Notes: generated by a model not told the origin, from the letters alone. 64,000 nucleotides of DNA from an uncultured virus (IMG/VR IMGVR_UViG_2061766007_004155) (IMGVR_UViG_2061766007_004155); one strand, 5' to 3'; counted from the stretch's first letter, positions 10,097 through 21,224 are shown. Numbers and translations are program-made.

Positions 10097-11426
10097 GTGA
10101 AACAATCATCTCTGTTTGAAGGCACTGATCCATTAAAGATTACAAAACCTATCAGGCTAATAGAATTGTTTGCTGGAATCGGCGCTCAAGCAAAGGCTTT
10201 GGAAAATCTCGGTGTCCGATTTGAGCATTATAGGGCAATTGAGATAGATAAAAATGCTATTGCATCATACAACGCAATCCATGGGACTTCCTTTGCCCCA
10301 CAGGACATTACAAAGGTTTCCGGTAAAGAACTTGGGATAACAGATACAGACAAATATACATATATCCTTACATATTCTTTCCCATGCCAGGATTTATCTG
10401 CTGCAGGAAAGCAACTCGGGATGTCTAAAGGCTCTGGGACAAGAAGTGGATTGCTATGGGAAGTTGAACGACTTCTGACTGAAGTAAATGAACTTCCGCA
10501 GATACTTCTCATGGAGAATGTGCCACAAGTCATTTCGTCTCAAAACGTCGGAGATTTTTCTAAATGGATTTCGTTTCTTGATTCCATCGGTTACACAAGC
10601 AAATATCAGATTCTCAATGCGAAAAACTACAACATTCCGCAGAACCGTCAGCGGTGTTTTATGTTGAGTTGGCAGGGAGATTACTACTATGACTTTCCGT
10701 CACCGGTAAAGCTTGAAAAAAAGCTTAGATATCTCTTGGAAGACGAAGTGGATGATAAATACTTCATCTCAGATACTCTTCTCGAAACTTTCATACGATT
10801 TCACTACAAAGCCATTGATGTTGGAAACGGATACCGGTTCACACCGATTGACTTTGATTCGTTAGAGAGAGAGAGAGAGAGAGTTGTTAAATGTATCACA
10901 ACCAGACCATGCCAGCACACAGAAGATAATTTCATCCTTGTTTCAAGACAACAGGATTGTAAAGGTTGGAGAGATGCGAGGTCACAGCTATGACAGCTTC
11001 AGACAATGGCGTGGTGTTTATTCCCCCTATGGTTTACTCCCGACAATACTTGCTAATGTCGATTGCGGAGATAATTCGTTAAAGGTAATTGTCTATGAAA
11101 AGTGACGAAAATTGCGTTTTAATAGGCATAATGGGGGGGGTGGATACGAAAAAATGCTTGAATCCGACAGAAGAGTATATAGCTGCGATGGTTTGTCTCC
11201 GACAGTTAGAACCGTAACTGGTGGTAACAAGGAATTGAAAGTTGAGGATTTGAAAGGCCGTGTCCGGAAATTAACGCCAAGAGAGTGTTGGCGGCTGATG
11301 GGATTCTCAGATGAGGATTTTAACAAGGCCGCTACGATTAATTCTGATGCTCAATTATATAAGCAAGCTGGCAATAGTATCGTTGTGAATGTACTAATGG
11401 CAATTTTCAATGAAATGATAGGGTAA
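10097..11426 (+). CDS. C5 cytosine DNA methyltransferase split over several frames (10097-10993, 10884-11105, ~11095-11426)
   Basis: Motif I ELFAGIG, IV SFPCQDLS, VI ENV, VIII PQNRQR in the first ORF; IX RKLTPRECWRLMGF and X YKQAGNSI in the last ORF. Confidence 0.9.
10864..10883 (+). repeat. (AG)10 simple sequence repeat in methyltransferase
   Basis: Ten AG units counted directly. Confidence 0.9.
11133..11140 (+). repeat. G8 homopolymer in methyltransferase
   Basis: Eight G counted directly, at a frame break. Confidence 0.9.
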
Positions 11427-11432
11427 TAAGAA

Positions 11433-11990
11433 ATGATACAAAGAAACGAAAAGGGACAGTTTAAGAAAGGATGTCATTGGCGCACACCAAAATCTTACTA
11501 TGACAGAGATACTTTATATGACCTATACATTACTCAAAAGAAATCATCATCTGAAATAGCAAATATGTTTAACGTCACTCCCGGAGCAATACAGTTTTGG
11601 CTACGAAAACTTGATATACCAAGACGAGGTACAAGTGAAGCAAGGGAAGCGAAGTATTGGGGAGCTGCCGGAGAAGCTAACCCTATGTTTGGGAAATCCG
11701 GTGAATTAAATCCCAACTATAAAGGTGGTATAGCTCCGGAGAGACAGCGATTGTATTCAAGCACAGAATGGAAAATCCTTAAACAGTTGGTGATAGAACG
11801 ATCAAAAGGGGTTTGCGAGAGATGCGGCGAGCCAAGCAACCGACTCAATATACACCATGTTATCCCGTTGGAAGATGGCGGAGAAATATTGTGCGATAAG
11901 TCAGAACTTGCAGCGTTATGCCCCAAGTGCCATACATTCGTTCACTCTAAGAGAAATGTAGAAAATGAATATATAAAGCACCCTGTTTAG
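11433..11990 (+). CDS. HNH endonuclease
   Basis: CERCG...NIHHVIP...LCPKCH. Confidence 0.9.
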   Translation: MIQRNEKGQFKKGCHWRTPKSYYDRDTLYDLYITQKKSSSEIANMFNVTPGAIQFWLRKLDIPRRGTSEAREAKYWGAAGEANPMFGKSGELNPNYKGGIAPERQRLYSSTEWKILKQLVIERSKGVCERCGEPSNRLNIHHVIPLEDGGEILCDKSELAALCPKCHTFVHSKRNVENEYIKHPV

Positions 11991-12015
11991 CCTTATGTGA
12001 TGAGAGGTAAATGGT

Positions 12016-12552
12016 ATGCCATCGTGCAAGAAAAAGAACTGTATTTACTATGTGAACAATAAATTTTACGGATGCAACTACTACTTTGTTACAGGCCAAT
12101 CTAAGTTATCGCAAGTTTCTAAAGGTGAGAAGTACGATATTGAAAATTGCCAATTCTACGATAGCGGGAAAAAGAGAAGCGCAACAAAAGCAATTGTATT
12201 GGATTCCGCTGAACACGATGAGGTAATCAAGCAAGTATTTGAAATAGACAGGCAAGCTGTCGCGGAACTATTTAATCAAGACCTTTGCGATGCTGATATC
12301 GCTATGCTTTTAGAAACAACGCCGATGGCGGTTGTTAAAGTAAGACGGCAGAAAGGAATGCTTAGAACAATGTCAAAAGGCGGTAGTATCAGACGTATCA
12401 ATTGGGATGAAGTCGATTCAATGCTTCATGAAGGATATTCGGATATTGCTATAGCAATGACAGTAAAAGTCCCGTTAGAAGTTATTTTGCGGTACAAAGA
12501 CCTTATTGCGAAGAAGAAAGCGGAAGGGGGTGTAGTTAGTGAAACCATATGA
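12016..12552 (+). CDS. Phage protein with tandem HTH-like segments
   Basis: DADIAMLLETT and SDIAIAMTVKV repeats. Confidence 0.5.
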   Translation: MPSCKKKNCIYYVNNKFYGCNYYFVTGQSKLSQVSKGEKYDIENCQFYDSGKKRSATKAIVLDSAEHDEVIKQVFEIDRQAVAELFNQDLCDADIAMLLETTPMAVVKVRRQKGMLRTMSKGGSIRRINWDEVDSMLHEGYSDIAIAMTVKVPLEVILRYKDLIAKKKAEGGVVSETI

Positions 12553-13207
12553 AAAAATCCTGTTTGAGAAAGAACAGGGATACAAAGGCGATGACGGAGG
12601 AGACAGATACTCTGCTTATGTTGACGGGAAAAAACGCGCTGAACATTTGAAGTTCAACGAGTTGATTGAGCTGCTCAACATATTGGAAGAAAGTAGGGGC
12701 GAAAAGTGAATGGCAGGAGATCAGATAGCATTGTTGTTAGAATGGCTATCGGTGCTGTTAACCCTTGGAAATCACCCGACGCTAAATCCCCTGTGAACTT
12801 TAACAGATTAGTAGATTCACAAGAGCAAATTGAGAAATGCCTATCATGCTCAAAGTGCGATTGCACTAACTGTTTACATGGCAGGAAATCAACATACGTA
12901 TCAAAAAAACTTGCTTCGTTTCAGCCGATAGCTGAAACAAGATGAAAGGATATTATGAATCTATTTACTGAAGGAAAGCAAATTACATATTCTTCTTTTA
13001 GCGAAGACGAGATTGCAAAGAAGTACGAAAAAATACCTGAGTGCCAATATAATTCGGGAGTGAGTTGCGAATTAAAGGGAAGAAAGTGCGCGAAATGCGG
13101 ATTTAATCCTATTGTATCTGAATTGAGAATCCAAGCTATTAAGTTGGGCGATACGCATTTCCTGCGTTTTACTGACAGGTATTATGCAGGAACTAAAGGG
13201 ACTGAAT

Positions 13208-13852
13208 ATGATTCAGTACAAACACTTTAATGACCGTAAAGCTTGGCTTAAAGGCAGGATTAGTTTCCCAGGCATAGGGGCAAGCGAAGCTCCTGCAATA
13301 GTAGGTGCTTCTGCATGGATGACCGCAACAGAACTTTGGGAGATTAAAACAGGACGTAAAACACCAAAAGACATTTCTGATAATGAGTTTGTAAAGTATG
13401 GCACTGAAGCTGAAGAACATATCAGGGGACTGTTTATGCTGAAGCATGAAGATTATCAGCTTACTTACAGACCATATGACTTTGTTTATCAGAAAGAACG
13501 TCCGTGGGTTAGATGCACCCTCGACGGGGAGTTAACGTCGGAAGACGGGGAGCAGGGGATTCTTGAGGTTAAAACCCATATGGTTCGTGGCAAAAGCGAT
13601 TTGAAGCTGTGGGATAACCGAATACCCGAAGTTTATTTAATACAAATACTCCATCAGTTTTTATCTACGGAATTTACCTTTGCATTCCTTACCGCTGAAC
13701 TTATATTTCAGAACTTCGATTCGCAGATAAGGACATACTATTTCAGCGCAGATGACTACCGCGAGGAAATGGATTGGCTTTTTTCTGAAGAGGAAAAGTT
13801 TTGGGAAAGCGTTCAGAGCGGTAACAGTCCATCAGTAAAACTAATTATATAA
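13208..13852 (+). CDS. YqaJ-like viral recombinase exonuclease
   Basis: WLKGR..GIGASEA, G..AE, TLDG, LEVKT, YLIQ motifs. Confidence 0.92.
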   Translation: MIQYKHFNDRKAWLKGRISFPGIGASEAPAIVGASAWMTATELWEIKTGRKTPKDISDNEFVKYGTEAEEHIRGLFMLKHEDYQLTYRPYDFVYQKERPWVRCTLDGELTSEDGEQGILEVKTHMVRGKSDLKLWDNRIPEVYLIQILHQFLSTEFTFAFLTAELIFQNFDSQIRTYYFSADDYREEMDWLFSEEEKFWESVQSGNSPSVKLII

Positions 13853-13861
13853 GGAGCATGT

Positions 13862-14725
13862 ATGGAATTTGTTGTTACAACAGACTTAACAAAGTTACAG
13901 CCGAATGAAATTCAATCGAATTTCGATGAGACAAGAAAGTGGCTTGAATCTGCTCTTGCACCATATACCGCTATGGTGGTTTCCGAAGATGCAATAGCAG
14001 ATGCCAAAAAGAAAAGGGCAGAGATCAACAGAGTGAAGTCCGCATTGGACGAAAAGCGCAAAAGCGTTAAACGTCAGTGGGTTCAGCCGTATCTCACATG
14101 GGAAAAGCAAGTTAATGAGTTAATTGCTCTGTGCGATGATGCTTCTTCCAATATCGATACTCAGGTGAAATCATTTGAGAATGACGTTAAAGAGCAGAAG
14201 AAAGCTGAATTGGAAAAGTTCTTCAATGAGAACGCAACAGCAGCTGACGTTGATTTCTACATCAACTTTGAAATGTGCTTCAATCCGAAGTGGCTTAACT
14301 CAACCGTAAAGATTGAGACAGCCAAAGACGAAATTGACAAGTACATTGAAGAAACAGTTGATGACTTGAAAACTATTGCTGACCTTGAAAGTGATTATAA
14401 CGAAGAGTTATTTACCACTTATAAGGAAACTCACGATATCAAACGCGTTCTCGCAAGGAACAAAGCGCTTGCTGAAATGAAAAAGGCAAATGAGGCGCGT
14501 ACAAAGCCGTCTGACGAATGGAAATCATCTGAGAATGTAAATCTGCCTTGGGGAGAAGAAACGCCCCAGACAATGCCTAAAACGCAGAAAGAGAAGCCTG
14601 AGAAGATGTATGACTTGCTCCTTCAACTGAAGCTGACGATGGAACAAGCAAAGAATATCAAACGCATTATGGGTGAACTTGGCATTGAAATTGTAAAATC
14701 TAAAATGAAGGAGAATAAAGAATGA
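13862..14725 (+). CDS. DUF1351-family protein
   Basis: Coiled-coil AKKKRAEINR...KWLNST; lies between YqaJ and RecT. Confidence 0.8.
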   Translation: MEFVVTTDLTKLQPNEIQSNFDETRKWLESALAPYTAMVVSEDAIADAKKKRAEINRVKSALDEKRKSVKRQWVQPYLTWEKQVNELIALCDDASSNIDTQVKSFENDVKEQKKAELEKFFNENATAADVDFYINFEMCFNPKWLNSTVKIETAKDEIDKYIEETVDDLKTIADLESDYNEELFTTYKETHDIKRVLARNKALAEMKKANEARTKPSDEWKSSENVNLPWGEETPQTMPKTQKEKPEKMYDLLLQLKLTMEQAKNIKRIMGELGIEIVKSKMKENKE

Positions 14726-15540
14726 AAGCACAAGCACCGAAACCCGTAGCAAATAAGCAGAGCCTTGCAGTTAAAGACTCTAATGACACTCCCGTAATTT
14801 ATAAGGACAATGATGGGAATGAAGTAAAACTCTCGCAGTATATTGTCAATAAGTATATTTCTCCGGGTCAGGAATTTAGCGCAGCCGAATGCTGGGCGCT
14901 GATTAATCTCAGTAAGGCAAGGGGTCTTAACCCTGTCAACAAGGATTGCTATTTTATATCCTACGATGGGAAGCCACAGGTTATTGTTAGCAAGGATTAT
15001 TATACGAAACGTGCTTGCAAGAATCCGAACTATCTTGGCAAAGAGAATGGCATTGTCATCCTCAACAGAAATGGTGAGGTTGAAATGCGGGTAGGAACTA
15101 TCAAGCTTGACGATGAGGAACTTCTTGGCGGTTGGTGTAAGGTTTATATGGCGAACCTTAAATACCCTGTTACTGTTACGGCATCTCTTAATGAATACGC
15201 AAAGATGGACAAAGACGGTAAACTGCAAGCCACATGGAAAACCAAGACCTGTATGATGATTGAGAAGGTTGCTATCGTCAGGGCGTTGAAAGAGGCTATG
15301 ACAGAGGAGTTCGGAGGAACTTATGCGGCTGAAGAATTCGGAGACGCTGAAGAAGACATTTCCTCTAAGGCAGAAGACGTTCCTCCCGAAATTCAGAAGG
15401 TAAAGAAACCCGAAAAGGAAGCCAAAGCGCAGGAAGCTGAATTCGTTGAAGTAGATGATTCGACAGGCGAAGTCATTGAAGAAGATGAAGACGATGACGA
15501 TGCTGAGTTCCGCGAAATGCAGGATAGTTTCTTTAACTAA
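14722..15540 (+). CDS. RecT/Bet single-strand annealing protein
   Basis: GLNPVNKDCYFI...GGWCKVY...W...MIEKVAIVRALKEA; acidic tail. Confidence 0.9.
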   Translation: MKAQAPKPVANKQSLAVKDSNDTPVIYKDNDGNEVKLSQYIVNKYISPGQEFSAAECWALINLSKARGLNPVNKDCYFISYDGKPQVIVSKDYYTKRACKNPNYLGKENGIVILNRNGEVEMRVGTIKLDDEELLGGWCKVYMANLKYPVTVTASLNEYAKMDKDGKLQATWKTKTCMMIEKVAIVRALKEAMTEEFGGTYAAEEFGDAEEDISSKAEDVPPEIQKVKKPEKEAKAQEAEFVEVDDSTGEVIEEDEDDDDAEFREMQDSFFN

Positions 15541-15552
15541 GGGGGTTAGATA

Positions 15553-15906
15553 ATGGCTCTTCTCAAAATCGGTGATAACGCTATTTGTTGGGGCAGCGCA
15601 GCGAACATAAAGAATCAGATTACTAAGTCGGGGAAAGCTGTCACTTCATTCTCTATACAGTACGGGAAAGACGGAGACAACAAGCTATTCCAAAACTGCA
15701 ATGCTTGGGGCGATATGTCTCGGAAGTACCTCAATCGTCTCGATAAGCATGATTCTCTTATCGTTGCTGGCAGATTGGAGAAAGACGATTATTGGTCTGA
15801 ACGCAATGGGAAGGATGAGTATAAGCTTATAGTCGAATGGGCGAATGTACAGGAGCAGTTCGACGGCGATGACGTTGACGAAGAACTTGACCTTAACGAT
15901 ATCTAA
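15553..15906 (+). CDS. ssb: Single-stranded DNA-binding protein
   Basis: OB-fold pattern NCNAWG...LIVAGRL; acidic C-terminus. Confidence 0.8.
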   Translation: MALLKIGDNAICWGSAANIKNQITKSGKAVTSFSIQYGKDGDNKLFQNCNAWGDMSRKYLNRLDKHDSLIVAGRLEKDDYWSERNGKDEYKLIVEWANVQEQFDGDDVDEELDLNDI

Positions 15907-15987
15907 CGCATAGATGGAGATGTGTGTGGACATGTCCACTGATGTGTCCACACATTATAAAAACAGATTAATTCGGAGCTTGCTTTT

Positions 15988-16772
15988 ATGGATAGATATT
16001 TTGTTGTTCAGGAATGGATGGTAAGAGATGCAAAATTAAGTGGGCTTGATTTGCTCATTTATGCCATTATTTTTGGGTTCAGCCAAGATGACGAAACGGA
16101 GTTCTTCGGTTCTCTTTCGTACTTGAGAGATATGACGGGATATTCTAAGCAATCTATAATAAACAGCCTGAAAAAGTTGGTTGATACAGATATGCTTATC
16201 CGAAAGGAAATATTTATTAATGGCGTTAAGACCGTCCGTTATAGAGCAAATTTTAAAAACTTTAATGGTGGTCAAGAAACTTTACCACCTAGTCAAGAAA
16301 CTTTAACGGGGGTGGTCAAGAAACTTGACCAGGGTGGTCAAGAAACTTTACNNNNNNNNNNNNNNNNNNNNNNNNNNNNNNNNNNNNNNNNNNNNNNNNN
16401 NNNNNNNNNNNNNNNNNNNNNNNNNNNNNNNNNNNNNNNNNNNNNNNNNNNNNNNNNNNNNNNNNNNNNNNNNNNNNNNNNNNNNNNNNNNNNNNNNNNN
16501 NNNNNNNNNNNNNNNNNNNNNNNNNNNNNNNNNNNNNNNNNNNNNNNNNNNNNNNNNCTGTTGATCCGAAAGTATTTTTCGATTACTTTTACGTAGGACA
16601 TTGGATAGACAGTCAGGGGAATCCTGTAAAAAACTGGAAGCAGAAGTTGATTATGTGGGAAAACCACGGATGGGGGAGCAATGACAAAGGAACAACTACT
16701 CAGAATAGTGGAGAGAGCAAAGGAGAATCAAAGCGGGACTTCAGCGGGATCAACTTCTACGACGTATACTGA
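15988..16772 (+). CDS. Phage replication initiator (gapped)
   Basis: N-terminal winged helix. After the gap, frame VDPKVFFDYFYVGHWIDSQGNPVKNWKQKLIMWE...DVY* ends at TGA 16770-16772. Confidence 0.8.
16267..16351 (+). repeat. Iterons / putative replication origin within initiator gene
   Basis: Four copies of GTCAAGAAACTT at 16271, 16292, 16315 and 16337, running into a 206-N gap. Confidence 0.8.
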
Positions 16773-17460
16773 ATCCCTTGATGACTTTGACCTTGGAGGA
16801 TTCCACTGCGAACAATGCAATGACAAGGGTTATTTGCTTCGGAAAGACGAAAACGGGATTGTGTGGTCACGTGAATGCCCTTGCATGAAAAGACGCAGAA
16901 CCGAACGCAATATTAGAAAAAGTGGCGTTTCAGATATGCTGAATAGATATACGTTCGACAGCTACATTACCGATACTCCGTTAAGGAAGAAAATAAAGGA
17001 TATAGCGAAGAAATATGTCGATAGCGATAAAGGATGGATGATTGTATCGGGGAGAAGCGGTAGCGGTAAGAGCCACATATGCGTAGCTGTTTGCGGTAAG
17101 CTGATTGAAAAAGGCGAAGAGATGAGGTACTTATCGTGGAGAGACGATTCCGTACATCTGAAGTCGATTCTCAATACTCCTGAGTATAAAGAGGAAGTTG
17201 ATAAGCTGATTAAAGTTCCTATCCTTTATATTGATGACTTCTTTAAAGGGACTGTTTCTGACGCTGATATAAATCTTGCATTTCAAATACTGAACGGTAG
17301 ATATAACGATTCAAAAAAAAGAACGATTATATCAACCGAACTGTCAATGGAGCAGATATTTTTACGGGATGAAGCGGTTGGCGGTAGAATATTTGAAAGA
17401 AGTCGTGGGTTCATTGTCAGCGCTCCCGATGAAAACTTTAGAATGAGGGCATATGAATGA
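16681..17460 (+). CDS. DnaC/IstB-like AAA+ helicase loader
   Basis: Zn finger CEQC...CPC, Walker A GRSGSGKS, Walker B LYIDD. Confidence 0.9.
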   Translation: MTKEQLLRIVERAKENQSGTSAGSTSTTYTESLDDFDLGGFHCEQCNDKGYLLRKDENGIVWSRECPCMKRRRTERNIRKSGVSDMLNRYTFDSYITDTPLRKKIKDIAKKYVDSDKGWMIVSGRSGSGKSHICVAVCGKLIEKGEEMRYLSWRDDSVHLKSILNTPEYKEEVDKLIKVPILYIDDFFKGTVSDADINLAFQILNGRYNDSKKRTIISTELSMEQIFLRDEAVGGRIFERSRGFIVSAPDENFRMRAYE

Positions 17461-17831
17461 CAAACTATGACTTAATGCAGATGATGCCGAAGGATAAGCT
17501 GACGGAAATGCTTCTTGACTTTGCTCTGAAATGTCAGGAAGAGGATGAAAAGTTTTTCGATGTTGGGATTGCAAGGTATGACAAGATAGAGAAGTGGCTG
17601 TCATCTAATGTGAAGGGTGATCCTGCTGATTGGGAGAAAGATTTCATATCGGTTTTGGATATTCAGCCATCAGTTTATCAGGCGTTGTATATGCAAGGCA
17701 TTCGCACATTAGGTGATTTGGCAAAGTATAGAGCTTATGACCTGAAAAGAATTCCGCATATCGGGGATAAAGGAGTCGAGCAGATACTTGAGCAATTTGA
17801 ATTTGCTTCAGGAGTTAGGCTTAGACCGTGA
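17457..17831 (+). CDS. Protein with RNA polymerase alpha-CTD-like domain
   Basis: ISVLDIQPSVYQALYMQGIRTLGDL...DLKRIPHIGDKGVEQI resembles the alpha-CTD helix-hairpin-helix pattern. Confidence 0.7.
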   Translation: MTNYDLMQMMPKDKLTEMLLDFALKCQEEDEKFFDVGIARYDKIEKWLSSNVKGDPADWEKDFISVLDIQPSVYQALYMQGIRTLGDLAKYRAYDLKRIPHIGDKGVEQILEQFEFASGVRLRP

Positions 17832-17986
17832 ATAGAACAAAAAGGCTACAAAAGTCAAGATAAATGTGAGATTTACATAATTTGCATTCACACCTTGATT
17901 AACGTAGCCTTTTTATTTTTACCTTTTTATGGTAAAGAATTTAACGAACGGGAAAAAATCTTCTTGAAGTCGGGAAAGAGGTAGTT

Positions 17987-19042
17987 ATGGCGACAACGGA
18001 AGAAAAATGCTATTGCGCTGTTTGTGGTAAAGAGTTATCAGATTCAAACAGTTGGAAATTGCCGGACAAACTCGGAATAAGATATATACCGTATTGCCTG
18101 TCCTGCCAACAGAAAGTGTTCATGTGGCTATCATCCTGCATAGGATATAAGCTTGCAATGTTTTTCATGTGCGCACAAATGAACATCCCTTATCTGCCTA
18201 ATCTGTTTTCGGAAATTAAAACATATCAGGGCGATATGGGAGCATGGGTTGGCTATATAGTCGCGGTCAGGAAATCGGACAAGGAACGTGGCGGCGGATT
18301 AAGAGGGTTTGAGAACGGCGTTACAGATATAAAGAAAGCGTTTAAATCATATAACACTTTGCAAGTCGATGACGAAATGCTTTCTGACGAGGAATATCAG
18401 AACGGGATTAAGGCGCAGTTGGAGCTTTGGGGAACAGGCCCATCTACTGCACCGTATACTCCCGAAGATTATGAAATCTTAAATAAGCAATACATTGCTT
18501 TAACTGAAGAAAGACCGAACAGGAACACACAAGCAGAGCTTGCAATAATAAGAATCTGCAAGTGGACGTTAGAGCAAGAAAAGCTTATTGCCAAAAAGGA
18601 ATATGCCGATGCTCAGAAAATCGGAAGCCTAATAGAAAAAGAAATGGCTTCTGAGGAACTGAGAAAGAAAGACTCCAAGGTGCAGAACATGGCTCGGTTA
18701 GATGACATTGTTCTTGCAGTCGAAAGAGCGGGGCTGAATATTCCAGATGAGGATGAACTCCTCACAATGCTTGCAAATCATTCGTTCCACCCGATGTACG
18801 GCTATTGCCGTGATGCGGCAGATCAAATGCTGTTGCAGATAATTAACTCTTCAAGGTGGAATGAAGGACTTACGGAACTCGACAGGTTGCCTGATGGTGT
18901 AAGAATAACTGATGATATCGGAGAGTTCTCACCGAAACCTGACTCCACAGAAAAGTATCTATATAAGGAACTGCAATTAGTTCCGATGCAGAACGAAGCT
19001 ACACCGCCTATAAACTCCAATGAAGAGGGGGTGGTGCAATGA
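17987..19042 (+). CDS. Hypothetical protein, possible terminase small subunit
   Basis: Zn-finger N-terminus; overlaps the terL start; call is positional only. Confidence 0.45.
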   Translation: MATTEEKCYCAVCGKELSDSNSWKLPDKLGIRYIPYCLSCQQKVFMWLSSCIGYKLAMFFMCAQMNIPYLPNLFSEIKTYQGDMGAWVGYIVAVRKSDKERGGGLRGFENGVTDIKKAFKSYNTLQVDDEMLSDEEYQNGIKAQLELWGTGPSTAPYTPEDYEILNKQYIALTEERPNRNTQAELAIIRICKWTLEQEKLIAKKEYADAQKIGSLIEKEMASEELRKKDSKVQNMARLDDIVLAVERAGLNIPDEDELLTMLANHSFHPMYGYCRDAADQMLLQIINSSRWNEGLTELDRLPDGVRITDDIGEFSPKPDSTEKYLYKELQLVPMQNEATPPINSNEEGVVQ

Positions 19043-20871
19043 GTAGACCGACTTCGGAATTCGTTTTAAACAAAAAGCTTGGAAAGTTCGTAAAGCGTGA
19101 AACACGGCAAAACGTGAATTACGAAATCTTTGAAACAAGGCAATGGCAAATTCTGTTGTCGTTCTTCTGATTCAGGTATTATCCTGACATACTCATTGAT
19201 ATCTGTGAAGGGGATAACCCAGAGTTCCATCTTAGTTTAATAAACCGTGTAATGCTTAGAGCTTCGGCAAGGTATGAAAGAGTATTCTTTTATGCTTCCC
19301 GCGGCACAGGTAAAACAACGGATATTATTTTTGATAGATGCGTAAAGGGTGTTTTGTGGCCGGGTGAAATCGTCGGTTATTATGCTCCGACGGAAACACA
19401 GGCAGCGCCTATTGCGTCTAAAGCATTTGCCACACTCCGTAGGAATGCGCCTCTTCTTGCTGATTTATGGGAAAAGCCAAGAGACAGCAAGGCAAGCTTC
19501 CTCCTAACGACGCCCCACGGAAGCCAATTCAACATGAAGATAGAGCGTGGTGTTGATACATCATCTCTCATAGCTGAAGAGGCAGGGCAGGAGGACAAAA
19601 ACCCATTTGATTGGGAGAACTTCAATCAGATTGTTCTTCCGACAAATAGACGTGAGTATAAAGTTAACGGCGTATCCCCAAGGGGAGCGGTTAATCTTCA
19701 AGTAATATACATTACGTCAGCATCCCGAAAAGAGAATCCTGCATATGCAACTTGCATGGCAATTCGAGAAGGGATGAAAAACGGGGAAAGCGCTTTCGCT
19801 TGTTGGATTCCTTGGCAAACGGTTGTGCTTTCAAGGATGAAATCTTTGGCATATTACCGCAATCTAAAGAGGCAACTAACGGCAGAGCAGTTCCAACGTG
19901 AGTGTGAAAGCAAATGCACAGGGTCTGTATCAAATCCTATCGTTAAAGACAGTGATCTTCAAGCAAGCAGAAAAGTAATGCTTATGGAAGACAGACACTG
20001 CGGGGATAAGGATTGCTTTTATATAATCGGGTACGACGTTTCTTCCCGTGATATAGTGGGAAATGCTATGACAGCTATGGCTGTGCTGAAGTGTGAACGT
20101 CAGTACAACACAAGCATATGGGACAAATATAAGAAGTCCTGCGTTTACATCACTGATGCTCCACCACCAAAATCGGCAGAAGAACACGCCATGCAAATAA
20201 AGCAGAGATGGCGCGATTATATGCTCGATGGATGCAAGGGAACATTCCTGATAATAGACGCAAGGTCTTATGGACAGTCCGTTATAGAACAGCTTCACAG
20301 GGATTTGGGAGATGGGTTGCCCCCGATGGCAACGATAACTCACGAAGAACCATACAGAGCGCTTGAGCTTGAAGGAGCGGTTGCTTGTATATATCCGATG
20401 CAAGCGTCAGGCATGTCAGGACGTGATCCTAACTCCGAAATGCTTGACTATATTGAGCGCGAAATAGAAAACGGAAACCTGAAATTGCTTACTCCGAACA
20501 TCGTTGATGCTACAAAGGCGTACAAGCTGAAGCACAACATAACAGATGACAGAGATGATGCAAGAATACAGCACCCGTACCTGAAAACAAACAGGTTGTG
20601 TCAGCAGATTGGGAATCTTCAAAAGAAGTATTCACCTATGGGATGGACAGAGAAAGAGATTTCAAACCGAATCCCTAAAGACGAATGGTCTGCGCTACTA
20701 TATGCTTCACGTTTGGCACAGCGATTTGAAAAAGAAGAACTGTACTATGAGAACAGAAGTCAAAACGCTTGGGAGAAATATGCTTCTCAGTACAATGAAA
20801 CGAGCGGGCTATCTGATATTGTCATAAAAACGAGGAGCGTAAAACGGCTTGGACGAGGAGCGGTAAAGTAA
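19039..20871 (+). CDS. terL: Terminase large subunit (in-frame TGA at 19168-19170)
   Basis: Walker A ASRGTGKT, Walker B-like LIAEE, nuclease IGYDVS; ATG 19039 is in frame with ORF 19252-20871. Confidence 0.88.
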
Positions 20872-21224
20872 TGACAGAACTCAAGAAGAATAAGATTTGG
20901 GGCTGTATTACAACAAGTGAAGCTGTTGAATGTTTAAGAAATTATAAATACTTCTTTGCTAACGCCGACCACTGTTTAGTTATTTCAACCGAACAGCCTA
21001 AAGGAACTGTCCTGATGACGGATGAGTTCATTAAACGGTTTAAAGCAGATGATTGGCAATGGCTTGAATCTGTTCTCGATGAAGTTCGTCAAGAACAGAT
21101 TGATAACAATCCGGAACTTGCTGAAAAGAAAGAAAAAGAAAATGAGATTTTTCTGAATAAGTTCCGACAAGGCTTAATTGATTGGAGGGAAGCGAATGGC
21201 GGAAGAACAAGTGAAAACAAATAA
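20871..21224 (+). CDS. Phage hypothetical protein
   Basis: Coupled ORF between terL and portal. Confidence 0.6.
   Translation: MTELKKNKIWGCITTSEAVECLRNYKYFFANADHCLVISTEQPKGTVLMTDEFIKRFKADDWQWLESVLDEVRQEQIDNNPELAEKKEKENEIFLNKFRQGLIDWREANGGRTSENK

Noticed and set aside
15923..15954. Palindrome TGTGTGGACA...TGTCCACACA before the initiator gene
   Set aside because: A single short inverted repeat, probably a terminator or operator; nothing supports more
16267..16557. CRISPR-like array
   Set aside because: 12-18-bp units at 21-23-bp period inside the initiator gene with no spacers or cas genes; these are iterons
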